DNA from: Dipteris shenzhenensis
Lineage: Eukaryota
Length of the DNA: 64,000 nt
Direction: 5' to 3' (one strand)
Assembly (NCBI GenBank): GCA_047967505.1
Contig: CM106538.1
Each line of letters starts with the position of its first letter. Within the stretch, counting starts at the first letter, position 1. Shown here piece after piece: positions 49,311 to 62,366 of the stretch. The position numbers were made by a program, and so were the translations under genes. The notes beneath the pieces are model-generated. The model had not been told where the DNA came from, searched no databases, and was given only the letters and a program-made list of their open reading frames with translations.

Positions 49311-49533
49311 CTCTTTGCGTATGGATCAAAGGAATACAAAGTGAATTGCCATAGAAAACAAAAAGGTCAACCCAAGAAAAACCTATTCAGCCCTAAACTC
49401 GACCAATCACTTAATCGAAACTAGTTAATTAGAACCACTTAAAAAGAAGAAAAGAAAAAAACTTGAGAAGATCAGCTACTGAGAACCTCCAAGATTGAGA
49501 GATTGTTGTTTGATGCAAAAAAGAAGCACAACT

Positions 49534-52034
49534 ATGAAGACGACAACCAAGAAGAAGAAGCTATCAGCAGTCATAAGCCTTCTTCTGCTCCTCCTCGTCG
49601 AACACTTTGCAGCAGCACAGCTTGTATCGTCCTCTTTCGACATCGACGAATCCACAATTGCAGACATTCATGCCGCCTTCGCATCAGAAACACTCACTTC
49701 CACTCACCTCGTCCGCTTCTACCTCGCCCGCATCTCTGCGCTCAACCCTTTTCTTCACGCTGTCATCGAAGTCAACCCCCACGCTCTCCTGCTCGCTCGT
49801 AGGGCCGATCTCCACAGGAAGAAGGTAGCCTGCGACCCGTCACGATGGGGACCCATCGCTTCGCTGCATGGTATTCCGGTGCTTCTCAAGGATACCATCT
49901 CCACCCTCGATGAGCTCAATACCACTGCCGGCTCCTTCGCTTTGCTTGGTTCTAAGGTGCCCCGAGATGCAGGAGTGGTCGCGCGGCTCCGCAGAGCTGG
50001 AGCCATCATCTTGGGCAAGGCGAACCTGAGTGAATGGGCCAGTTCTCGCTCCACGAATTCTTCCAATGGTTGGAGCGCCCGTGGAGGACAGACCAAGGTA
50101 CTTATTCTTAAGCAATCGAAGTCCTTGCACAATCTCCTACAATTCGTATTGCGTTTTTATCGTGATTTATCTCCTCTTGTCCTTCGCCAGAACCCTTACG
50201 TTCTCGACGCCGACCCTTGCGGTTCCAGTACAGGCTCAGCTGTGGGTGTAGCAGCAAATCTCGCTACTGTATCTCTAGGGACCGAAACCGATGGATCCAT
50301 CATTTGTCCGGCGTCTCGGAATGCCATTGTGGGTATCAAGCCCACTGTTGGCCTTACCAGTAGATCTGGCGTAATTCCGGTTTCTCACCATCAAGACACT
50401 GTCGGGTAAAAGAATTTGGTTCTCAACGCTTCCGCTTACTTCTCTTCAAGTCCATATAAATGCTCTTACAAGCACAGCAGTTGCTTCCAGCCCCTTGTGC
50501 AGAACTCTGACGGACGCTGTCAAGGTTCTGGACGCGATTGTAGGCTTTGATTCTCTGGATGCAGCTACGGCCAATGCTTCTCGCTTCATCCCAAAAGCTG
50601 GATATACGCAGTTTTTGAATGTGGATGGGCTTCGAGGAAAACGACTTGGGATTGTGCGGCATCCATTTTTTGACCTTGAAACTGATCCCACCCAGCAATT
50701 TGTTTTCGACGAGCTCCTCCTCGTCATGAAGTACTGCAGCTGCAACTTTTCACGGCATGCTCTGGTCATCATTTCCTTGATCAGATTATCTATTTTGGGA
50801 TGATTATCTAGAAAGGCATTATCTACTTTATCCTCGATACATAATCATAATCCTCCTTTGGTGCATGCCTGATAATATAGGAATAAGGGAGCGCAGATTG
50901 TTGATGACCTGACCATTGCGACTATACATGAGATAGATACATAATCATAATCCTCCTTTGGTGCATGCCTGATAATATAGGAATAAGGGAGCGCACATTG
51001 TTGATGACCTTACCATTGCGACTATGCATGAGATAGCTTCTGGGCAGTTCGAGACTACAGTTCTTAGCACCGATTTCAAGCAAGATCTCAACGACTACTT
51101 GGAGCAGTTAGTTGTGTCGCCAGTGAGGACATTGGCAGATGTGATTGCATTTAACAACAAGCATTCAAAAGAGGTTAGATTCTGGACTCTCTTAGCAGGA
51201 ACAGATCGATATCCAGCTTTGAACGAAACTAACGGTTCATCATGTCATTGTTCTTAAGAGCACAGCATACGGCTTTCAGTTCTCTTGATTACTGATCTCT
51301 GCCTAGTTGGCGCTCTGCTATATTGTAGCGAATCTACAGGAAATTCATACTCACAATGTGCGAAGGACTTTGGTCTTTATAAGCTGCCATCTGCTACTAT
51401 CGAGCTTTTTCATCTTTTACTATTAACCTGCATCCTCGCTTTCTTTGCATGCTCTTTGATTTACCGTAATTAAACCATAGACCGTTCGCTCTTTGTGGGA
51501 CGACTCCCTAGAATAAATCACGGAGTGTCTGATCTTTTCGTTCAACTTTACTCTTGTAAACAGTTTTCAACATGCATTTGTTTCACGGACAACAAACTGA
51601 AAAAGTCTTATGGGTTATTTTTGTGATATGCTATCGTCAAGGAGGAGATGTCTAGGTTCGGGCAGGACATTTTCTACGAATCCGAGAAGACAACGGGCTT
51701 CGGTTCTAAGGTTTATAGGGAAGCTGTGGAGGGAGATCGTGTACTAACGAAGAATGGCATCGACAGGCTGATGAAAGAGAGGAAGCTGGATGCGATAGTG
51801 GCACCTTCATATACATCGATAACATCTGTGGCAGCCATAGCTGGATATCCTGGAATCTCCGTGCCGGCAGGGTACACTGAAGGGGTGCCATTTGGCATAT
51901 GCTTTGTTGGGGAGGGTGGAAAGGAAGGCACTCTCATTCAAATAGCCTACTCGTTTGAGCAAGCTACTCTCATTCGTAAGCCACCCCCCACACACCAGCT
52001 TATTAAGGGCCTTAGCACATGGGCTGGGGAATAG
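49534..52034 (+). CDS. Amidase-signature family protein, probably secreted; exons 49534-50097, 50191-50405, 50491-50730, 50981-51173, 51642-52034
   Basis: LHGIPVLLKD, GKANLSEW, NPY..PCGSSTGS, GTETDGSI and AGYPGISVPAG; all introns GT-AG and in phase; hydrophobic N-terminus. The start codon is uncertain. Confidence 0.9.
50836..51035 (+). repeat. 100-bp tandem duplication across the intron 3/exon 4 boundary of the amidase gene
   Basis: 50836-50935 and 50936-51035 differ at 3 positions. Confidence 0.97.
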
Positions 52035-52283
52035 GAAGGGTTTCGATTACTTGACTCTAGAAGGCCACCTGATCACCCGTCGTATAGTGCATGTCATACT
52101 TGCACCGAGTAGCATGACCCGAACGAGTAGCATGACCCATCTACAACAAGTTAGAGACCCGCTCCATTGGGTCTGAAGGTTGGGATCCTTAATTTCAAGG
52201 AATAAATGATTTTCAAGGAATTTTCAAATTGGATAAGTAGCATCACTTTTATTTGGAAAAAATATTTTTGATAGCATTGGATA

Positions 52284-52292
52284 CCCCCCCCT

Positions 52293-52367
<75 letters not shown>

Positions 52368-52470
52368 TATTAATATATTATATATTATATTATACATTAT
52401 ATATAATATAATGTTATATATAATATATTATTATTTTAATATATCATATGTAATATTATAAATATTATAA
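52284..52470. repeat. Compound (C)n(CT)n(AT)n microsatellite with an AT-rich tail
   Basis: Direct reading. Confidence 0.95.
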
Positions 52471-53176
52471 TACTTGCAGTTGCACCATGCCATGTAATCA
52501 TATCCCCACCCACCACGTCATCCCTGTGTAATTTGCACCATGCCATGCCACATCATTGCATCTGTAGTCTACGCTTCGCCACGTCGACTGTACTGGTGGC
52601 CTACATTTCGTGCAGCCTTGTAATGCCATGTGGCAGTCTCCCTCTCTGCTCTATCGTATAGTGTCCTTGCCGATCACCACGTGTCCGTGGCTCTAGTTGA
52701 TTGTGCCCCTGCCCTCGATGCATGCATGCCACAATGTCAGCTGGATAGAGCAGATTGCCCACCTACTCTGTCAGACACCTCCACCACGTGTCATTGTGTT
52801 GTTGGCCATTGCCCTCTATCCTCTGCATGAGTGTGTAGACCCTCTCCTTGAGGCACATGGCACTCCAATCCCACCTTCCACTCCAGCCTCCCCTGAACCT
52901 CCTCCTCCACTTCCCTAACCTCCAATGAAGCTCCCTTCTCTTATGTTCAAGGGATCATTGTGAATACCCTTATCTTGCATAGGTGTTTCATCCTAACTCT
53001 TCAATTTATTTTTAAAAGTACCATTTCAAAATATTTTCTATATGTATAGTTCTATTAAAAAAAGTGTAAATTGTTAGGCCCATATTTAATTTCTATAACA
53101 ATAGTTTGGTATAGGAATTATGCAAATTCTTGTTTGTTTTTATATAAAAAGGAGTAAGCTGCTGCACTATTATATC

Positions 53177-53308
53177 GATTGAATGATTGTTTGATCAAAT
53201 AATATAACCAAAGAAGTATTTAGGATGCTAAAAATGTTACAACCGATTGAATGATGTTTGATCAAATAATATAACCAAAGAAGTATTTAGGGCACTAGAA
53301 ATTTTACA
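53177..53308. repeat. ~67-bp tandem duplication
   Basis: cgattgaatgat(t)gtttgatcaaataatataaccaaagaagtatttagg occurs twice. Confidence 0.9.
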
Positions 53309-54349
53309 ATGTAGTACAGCTAGAAGATGTTCACAAGATAGCCACATATATAGGTGTGTGTGTGTGGGGGGGGGGGTGGAGGGGGGTGGGTAGGTAGGTG
53401 GATGGGGGTCCATGCACATGCACACATGCATGCAATACATTACAATTCTAAATCTAGAAACCTCTATATACCACTAAGAAACAAAAAAAGAAACATTAGT
53501 TTAGAAGTTTATATGCTTGTAATGTGCGCTTTTTTTTATCCCCTTTATTTGGACTTTAGTTCTCAAAAAATGGCATTCACAATACATATAACTCGTTTCA
53601 TCCATGAATATTGAGTCTCCATGGCTAGCTCAGGTCACCACTAGTGTGGCACACATGGCCACAAGGCCCTCTAAAATCTAGTGTTGCTCTTAGGTCACCT
53701 ACAAAGCCTCAAGGTGCCATGAAATTATTTGAGTGCTTTGATAGCTCTTTAGAGCTCTCGATCCCATGCATACATAAGTCCATCCAAACAACACCTCTCT
53801 ATAGAAGAATCCATTACTTGATGTGTAACTGTCACCAATTATAATATGGTAAAATGTATAAATAATGTAATATACATATATAAATAATCAACTTTGAGGT
53901 TACCAAAGTTTTTAAAGTAAGGACATTAACTACATTAATCGTAAGTGACAAATCAGTGTTAAGTTAACACACACACACACACACACAATGCAGTGAAATG
54001 TATATATAATGTAACATATAGATGAGCTTAGAATTTTGTGAACTTAATCATTAAGTGACAAGTTGGTATGGTTGAGGAAAGTGTCAAGTTGACCATGAGA
54101 GAGAGAGAGAGAGAGAGAGAGAGATCATATAAATAATATAATTCTCAAAGTAAGGAAATTATAAGTTTACCAAGCTTTCCTTATTATTTTATATCCTTAT
54201 TTCACTCCACCTTTGTTGGATCTTTGAAATATTGACTAGTGATTTAAAAGATTTTGAATTCTATTTATTGGGCGCTGCGAATCGTGGTAAGCATGGTGGC
54301 TCGCTCCGAATTGAAGAAAAAAGATGGAGGCCGAACCGAGGACAGCAAA

Positions 54350-54431
54350 CCACGAAGCCACGAGCCGGCTGCAGGCTCCCGCATCCATGCCCACGAAGCC
54401 ACGAGCCGGCTGCAGGCTCCCGCATCCATGC
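54350..54431. repeat. 41-bp GC-rich tandem duplication
   Basis: ccacgaagccacgagccggctgcaggctcccgcatccatgc occurs twice. Confidence 0.92.
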
Positions 54432-56039
54432 TCTTAAGTATTGAGACTCAGTACAGAAAGCGCGTATCTGCGTCTGCGCTTAAAAGCTATTGCTTGAATA
54501 GATCTCGCGAAGCTGACTGCCGAAAGCATGAATGGGCCTGCAAAAACATGGGAGTAGTCCCATAGGCTGCCAACGATCTCGAATGCAAAAGCACATGTGA
54601 TTTTAGAAGCTGTAACTAGGGACGAGGATCATCGGAAGCCGCATTATATTGATACGTCGATCATGCGTTTCCAAAATACCCGTCACCCTTAAAAACTCAC
54701 ACTCTGTCTCTCTCTCGTCTCACCCAAGGTGATAGAATCACTCAAAGAACCTCAATGATACTGATCAAGCAAATCAAGAGCACCCAATCTTTGAAGTAGA
54801 ATGTCCAACCAGAGTTTTTTGCCTCAAAATGGAGAATACAGCCTGTACTACACAATAGGGTGAAGAAGGAGCCTCGGGATCTGCTCGGGATAGATCTAGG
54901 GGATTCTCATTCAAGATGCTAGGACCCACCCTGCTAGCAGCGGAGAAAGGTGAGTGATGAAAAGACCATGGACATTGGGAGATTGAACCTACGAACTGCA
55001 TATGCACTTTAATGAGCTCTAACCACCATGACGCACATACGCTTATGCACAATAGAGGCATATTTTTAAACATATGTTTATAAGCACTTATTCCGATGTG
55101 TTCGATACCGGAAAACACCTCCGGCAATGTAGGGGCCCACCACATCCGCTGGGGACAAAGCGAAAACCCCTAAATCTATCATCAAAAAGAAGGAGAATAA
55201 TGCCTTAAAGAGAGGGCTTCATGGTTTGAGAGGAGCAATCTTGCAAGATCGGGGAAACATTCATGAGAGAGGTGGAGCACAGTAGGCTTTGATAATATGT
55301 TGGGATGATGGAAATGAGAGACAAAGGAATGCACACCACACGGACCATTCAAATGAATGCGTGGATAAGGGTTGTTTATACGATTGCACATTATCATGTC
55401 TCTATCCAGTGGAATTTCTGAGAGTAACATGGCATTTGGAAAGGGTATAGCTACATGCACATTGCTCCATTTTTAAAATTGGCAACCATAGTGTTTTCCA
55501 AAATTTAAGATAAATGAAATTTGAAAATCGTTCAAGTTGACTCGATTTATCCCTATCTAGAGAAAGGATACCCCTGCCCAAGGAGAAGAGATGGACAATT
55601 TGGAGACAATGAACAACAAGATAACATTGTGCATCATCATTAGACTGACAATAATGCTAGAAAGATAGAGGATAGTCTAGTCTAGGAAAGGGAATTCGTG
55701 CAAAACTATTGACTCATTGAAAGATTATAGATCCGATAATCTTTAATTTTGTAAAAGTGTTGAGCTCAAAGATACAAGAACACATTCAAAATTTTGGGAC
55801 TTTCTTGCTTCATTTGGATTTTTTTTAAAATGGCTACTCCACTCAATATCACTCAATATACTCCAAAATTGGCTAAATTTGCAATACTACAAGGGTCATC
55901 TCCACACAAATATGGGGTCTAATAAAGCTAATAATTCACCAAAGTTGTAAGTAGTGACCTCCACTCAATAATGACATGTAAACTCCAAAACTTTGGTTTA
56001 ATTCTAATACTATGCAACTCATCTCTGCATCTTTCTTTA

Positions 56040-56740
56040 CGGCTTAAGTCACTACATCTTTCTTCATAGTTTGATAGTGGAAATACATATGCAAAGCATT
56101 TTTTGAATTCAATTCAGCATTAGGTGGTACTCATGAATTATCTGGCATGAAGTTAGCCATGTCTCCACAATCAAATGTAGCTCTCTTGGAATAATGTGTT
56201 CCACATGAAAATGTCATCCATATGACCATAATGCATTATACTTTTTGTACTACACAAGGAAAATCATTAAAACAAATAGGCATGATATTTATAGAGATAA
56301 TTACAGCCATGATCAAAGCAAATTAAAAAGTAAGAAACCTACATGTAGATCACATCCTCGTGCAAACTCCCAATGTTGTTCGGTTACTATGTCTCCATCA
56401 TCTTCGGCTTGATGCCAGAGCTTGTTGTAGCCAAGCAGGTGACATGTCTTTGGGGAGAAGTGCAAGGGAAATCATTAAAACAAATAGGCATGATATTTAT
56501 AGAGATAATTACAGCCATGATCAAAGCAAATTAAAAAGTAAGAAACCTACATGTAGATCACATCCTCATGCAAACTCCCAATGTTGTTCGGTTACTATGT
56601 CTCCATCATCTTCGGCTTGATGCCAGAGCTTGTTGTAGCCAAGCAGGTGACATGTCTTTGGGGAGAAGTGCAAGGTCGTATCAATATGGTTGCATCCTGT
56701 GCCTTGCTCTAGATCTCCTCCTAGCTATTGCTCTTTCCTC
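56040..56740 (-). mobile_element. CACTA TnpD-like fragment with a 208-bp tandem duplication
   Basis: Resembles ~42100-42490 (ttccac..gaaaatgtcatccata.gaccataatgca..tacttttt); aaatcattaaaacaaatagg occurs at 56261 and 56469. Confidence 0.8.
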
Positions 56741-57980
56741 TTTTTTTGGACAAAAAAGTTATATTTTTATAAACATTGTATTCAAAATTTTTGGACTTGT
56801 CTAAAGTCCAATTCTAGAACTTGACTAAATTGACTAAATACAAGTCCAAAATTTATGAATATCATACTCCCATGGTTTTTCCCCCATATATTTCAAAACA
56901 AATATTGCAATATCTCTTGTATATAGTAATTTTGATCTTAGAAACAAGATCTCTCTTTGAGAGATGGTGTACATATACACCTTCTTGTTATTGATATTCA
57001 CAATTAAAATATTAACCAAAACAATTAAGCCAACACTTTACACACCCACTTGCATAGAGTAATTTTGATCCTTAGACACTGAGAATTGAAATATTAAACT
57101 AAAATAATTAAGCTAAAATATTCCCCATTGAAATATTCAATTGAAATAATCGATATTTTCCTTTACAAATTCAAAGACCAGAAAGAAAGTTTGGCTGAGG
57201 ATACCGTCAAGAGTTTATGCAGGAGGTATCCCAATCTAGAACAATAATAGTTCGCTAACACAGGGGCAAAGACAAAGATTATCAGTATCCTTGCCAATAA
57301 GAGGTCTTTGCCACTGGTCGACATTGCCAAGACAGAGGAAGGACAACCACCAAGGGGCCAGCCACACACCGCTCCTAAGCTTGAGTGGAAGAAATCCATG
57401 ATGCTAGCAAAAGAGGACCCCAGTCTGTAGGACATGGAGGCACGATGGATCCAGATGGAGCTATATGGATCCTCACATTTTGGAGCAAGAGGTATTGCAT
57501 CATGGGAGGCCCAATTTGTAAGTATTGATCTCAAATTATATTGTGTTTATGTAGTTTATTAGGAGGTTATTCCTTTGTTCTAACCCCTCTGCAAATTGTG
57601 TCATCTTGCATCTTGATATTGTGGGCAGATACCCTACTCCTGCCAAGATAGCCTATCATCATGGACATGGCAGGTGATCTACTTGGAGGAGACTTGGAGG
57701 CACTTCTATGACAAGGGGTTGATTACTAAGGACTAGTATAGCTGGGCTACTAGAATGCCCATACAGGTATTTAAAAGTACTTTAAAACTTCAATGTTGTA
57801 AATAAAGATTTGATTTTTCACACATTGATACATGTTGTCCCTCGTTTACAAGCTCTTAGGGGTATTGAAGAGGAAGAAGACGAGGGTATTGAAGAGGAGG
57901 AAGAAGGCAACAAAGAAGGCTCCAAGGGTGGCGAGAGTGGTGATGGGAGCAATGATGAGGATGCCTCCTCTATTGGAATA

Positions 57981-59420
57981 TGAAGCCAAAGTGAGTCAAA
58001 AATGAGTGTACTAGGTGTCTAGTAGGTGTTTTATAGTCTAGTGAGTCCTATGGATGCCACGTGTCATATTGGGAGTTATCCCATATGCATAGGTGTTCAT
58101 ATGTGTGTGTGTGCTCTTATATAAGAGCTGTACTTATCTAGTGTCAAATCAATCAACTATTAAGCTACAAGCTCTTTCCTCTTTCGTCTACATGTGAGTG
58201 ATCTCATTTTTGTTCATTGCTTTAGTCATTTCATTTCCATTTCATTATGTCTCTGTTTGAGTATCACTTCCTCTCTCCCTAGCCTACCCTCTCTCTCTCC
58301 CTCTTTCTACCATGCTCCTTCAAGTGGTATCAGAGCCTCCCTTCCTACCTTCCCCTTCTTCTTGCTCTATCTAGAGGATGAGAGAAGCCCACAAATGGAA
58401 GCTCCCCTCTCCTCTAAGGTAGAGCCTCCCTTCCCTTAGCCTCTCTCCAGTGTCCTAGTGATTGCTCGTGGTCCTTGTTTGTGAGTTCAGCTCACTCCCG
58501 CATCAGTTCGTGGTTCTCCCTCAGCATTGGTAGACATTCCTCATCAGTTGGTTGCCAAAAACTTGTTTTCGAGCAATCCAGCCGCTATTTTTTTACCTTT
58601 TGAGGTCCGATTGGCATTTTTTGACATTTTGGCACTGCCCAAACATAAATGATCTTGTCTCGCCTGTAAACTCGTACAAATGTATGGACGTCCATACAGA
58701 CCTCTACAGGTGGATGCATGACAGTGCTAGAAGTCCGTACAGCTTGTCAAAAGGCGATTTTGAGCAATTTTAGGCTACTTTTTGGCATTTTTTGCTTAGA
58801 TTTGGACTCTCGTGACCTCCACCAATGATTTGAGCTTCCCAAGCTTACCCACAAGTCATTTCGACCATACCAACACTTTGATACATTGACTTGAGGCTTT
58901 CGACAATAGGGAATACTCTTTTCACACCTCATCATCTCAGACATTGCGATATTGTGGTGTTTGACTGTTTCGAATAGCCAAATATCATTTCTCTAATCTC
59001 GGTACACTTCGGTGACTACTTCGATTGGTGTGCCATCTCTGCTACTCATTGCCTCTTCTATGCATTTGATGATTCTCCAATCAGCACATTGAGAGTCATG
59101 ATGTGATCTCCCTTGATAGCTGTTCCTATGGCCTTCATTGACAAATCATTTGAGGGCATCCTTGCCTGGTTCTTCACCGGCATACCTCTTTGCATCAGGA
59201 TGTGCACACTCTTGTGCGGTAGCTACTTTGGGCACATGGGTTCTCTACCCTTGCTATGCATAAAATGAATGAAATATATTTTTACTACTTTCTTGTTTGA
59301 GTCAAGGGTACTCTTTCTAGGTGGTCCCCCAAAATGAATGCAAATAAATTATGTGTGTTGAGTCAAAGGTTCTCTATCTTGGATAGTCCTTCTAAAAAGA
59401 TGCATTTTCCTATTTTGTTT
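57981..59420 (+). mobile_element. LTR (57981-58322), tRNA-iMet PBS (58325-58337) and non-coding internal region
   Basis: TGAAG...CTTCA termini, an internal TATA (cttatataag) and TGGTATCAGAGCC. 59290-59400 resembles 2250-2305. Confidence 0.75.
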
Positions 59421-59427
59421 TGGTCTC

Positions 59428-60175
59428 TCATTAAATGATTCATAAACAAAAACGTGGTCATAAGCTCACAGTAATGTTATTCCTCGTAATTGTAGCAAGA
59501 AAGTGTTAATAATATTGCGACAATAAAAATAAACCTATGTCAAAAACTACAGAGGACTTCGGTAATAATAGTCCCTGATAGCTTATTGAAGTACAAGAAT
59601 GTTTTAGGGTCAAATAGTTGCCCATAATATCCTAGCATGCTTTTATGATCAATAGCATCAGGGCATCACTCATCATGTATAAAGAAAGGTAACGTATATC
59701 TCAACTACGAAGTTGTGACTGGGTACATTACAGCCCCTGGGTATTCAAGAAATCCACCAAGTAAGGGATCCCGGGGTACAGAATATCGTGGTAGTTATCC
59801 TATTGAAAGCAGATTTAACATAAGGCATAAGCATTAACCTGAGTTCATCTTGTGGAAGTCTTCCCACAGTCGCTCGAAGTCCCTCATACACCTTGAACCT
59901 CCTTCTTCCTATGTTTTCTCTCGCAATTGCTCACGGGGATCGTGTGGAGCAATAAAGTATGCATGTTGCTTATGACACTTAGAGCATCAACTTTGTAGGG
60001 CGATCGGAGATCGTTTTTCGTGGCCAAATGTATGATGCTATGATTATTTCAAAAATAAGGTATCTCTTGCCTACCGTGACCGATTGCGGCCGAAAAAGAA
60101 CAACTAACCATATCTAGCTCTTCTGATATGCATCAAAGGCTAAGCTAAGTTATTCGTCGAAGGGATGCACAATTT
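59428..60175. repeat. Local duplicate, copy 1 (lacks ~400 bp)
   Basis: Colinear with 61219-62366 except for 61449-61851. Confidence 0.9.
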
Positions 60176-61218
60176 CAAAGCCAATTATAGCTTCATGGAC
60201 TCTTTGGGGGAACATTGTCATAACTTCTTGGCATGCTTGTGAAGGGGCTAATAGTGGATCCTCATACCCAAGTTTGGTGAGGTCCATGAACCAAGTAGGT
60301 GCCTGGGGGAGACAGAAACAAAACCATTAAATTAGGATCTTTGTCATCCCAATGAGCTTGTTATGGTATGTGTTGCCTATTAGAACAATAAGATCTATTT
60401 CCTCCCTACTACACATCCCTTGTTTCCATTTCTTACAAGAAGGCCCTTCTTATTGCATGCAACTTCATTCCTATGCTGTCCTTGCACTCTATACTGTACC
60501 ATATACATTAGAGCAATGTGTTCCACACTTGTAGTTGCTGTTCTTATATATTTTTGACTAGACAGATACCATCAATACTCATTTTGCAAAGCCAATATTT
60601 TATATATACTTGTAACTAACCTCCATATATAGAAAAAGCAAAATTCAAATATTGTCTTCTCCATAGTTCTTTTAGTCTGTCCAAGAAAAGGACTCATCAA
60701 AATCATCCATTAATTTAGCTTTGTTTGTAAAATAACCAAGTCACAGTGGACCGCCTCGTATCTAGATCTATGGGACCACCCAATAGGCATCAAAATGTGT
60801 CATATTGCCTTTGAGGGTTATCCCCAAGGGTTCTTCCATGGTAAGTGCTCATGATCTGAGGACCATTGTGAATTGGTCTGGTCTGCCCGTAAATATCATC
60901 TCAGTGTACATCCTTTCTATCAAAAAGTCAAGGTAAGTGGCTGGACTCACCTGTATCCATCCATAAGCACAGCATGTCAAAACATGAACCTAATGCAATG
61001 TGGGACTATAGGCTTCATGGCCTAGCCACAGTTGTCATCCTTGTCAACCCCAACAATTTTAAGAAGGAAACATTGCTAGTGATGATTTTCAACAAGCATT
61101 AATGATCTTTCTATTGAACTCTTATCATTTCTAAGGGGTATTAAAAACCTTCTTCACACCGAAGTCCTTAAAGGTCATAAGGTATGTGACTATTTACTAT
61201 CATCATATCCTCATTTTG

Positions 61219-62366
61219 TCATTAAATGATTCCTAAACAAAAACCTAGTCATATGCTCACAGTAATGTTGTTCCTCGTAACTGCAGCAAGAAAGTGTTAA
61301 TGATACTGTGATAAAAATAAACCTATCTCAAAAATTGCAAGGGACTTCAATAATAATAGTCCTTGATAGCTTATTAAAGTACAAGAATGTTTTAGGGTCA
61401 AATAGTTGCCCATAATATCCTAGCATGCTTTTATGATCAATAGCATCAGTTCATCTCCATTCTTCCAGTGTAGCCCAAGAGGGAGACATAAGCCGATTAT
61501 GAGTACATCAATCATGATTACAAGCCCCACTTCATCAATATTTTTAGATAGCTTAAGAGGAAAAAAAGGTATAAGTACATCCTCCTGTGATCAGCTACAT
61601 CTCAGCACCACATCAAACCACACAGTTCTTCGTAGAAATATAAGGGGCTTCCATTATTTATTATACGGGCTCAGTTCGAGGGAATATGATGTAAATACAA
61701 AGGTCCCTAGCTAAGAAGTAGCCTGCTTACAGTTTGAACAAGCCAAACTAGCATATACAATCATAAATCCGAGGTTAAATTAGGGAGCTTGAGCGTTTCA
61801 GTCATCAACCATAGCGTGGAGCCTGCTATCATAAGTGGTTGAGCAACACTTGGGCATCACTCATCATGTATAAAGAAAGGTAATGTATATCTCAACTACG
61901 AAGTGGTGACTGGGTACATTATAGCCCCTAGGTATACAAGAAATCCACCAACTAAGGGATCCCCGGGTACATAATATCGTGGTAGTTATCCTATTGAAAG
62001 GAGATTTAATGTAAGGCATAAGCATTAACCTAAGTTCATCGTGTGGAAGTTTTCCCACAGTCGCTCAAAGTCCCTCATACGCCTTGAACCTCCTTTTTCC
62101 TATGTTTTCTCTCGCCACTGCTCACGGGGATCGTGTGGAGCAATAAAGTATGCAAGTTGCTTATGACACTTAGAGCATCAACTTCATAGGGTGATCGGAT
62201 ATCGTTTTCTGTGGCCAAATGTGTGATGCTATGATTTTTTCAAAAATAAGGTATCTCTTGTGCCTACCACGACCCATTGCGGCCGAAAAAGAATGACTAA
62301 CCGTATCTAGCTCTTCTGATATGCATCAAAGGCTAAGCTAAGTTATTCGTCGAAGGGATGCACAGT
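61219..62366. repeat. Local duplicate, copy 2
   Basis: Matches 59428-60175 through ...cgtcgaagggatgcaca. Confidence 0.9.

Noticed and set aside
49495-50409. 304-aa ORF taken as a single coding exon
   Set aside because: It reads through a 93-nt GT-AG intron (50098-50190) that interrupts the GGQTK-NPY motif, and it starts at a non-ATG codon.
54780-55690. Possible PIF/Harbinger transposase remnant
   Set aside because: Only faint hints (GLRGAI, AFG); I could not rebuild a catalytic motif.
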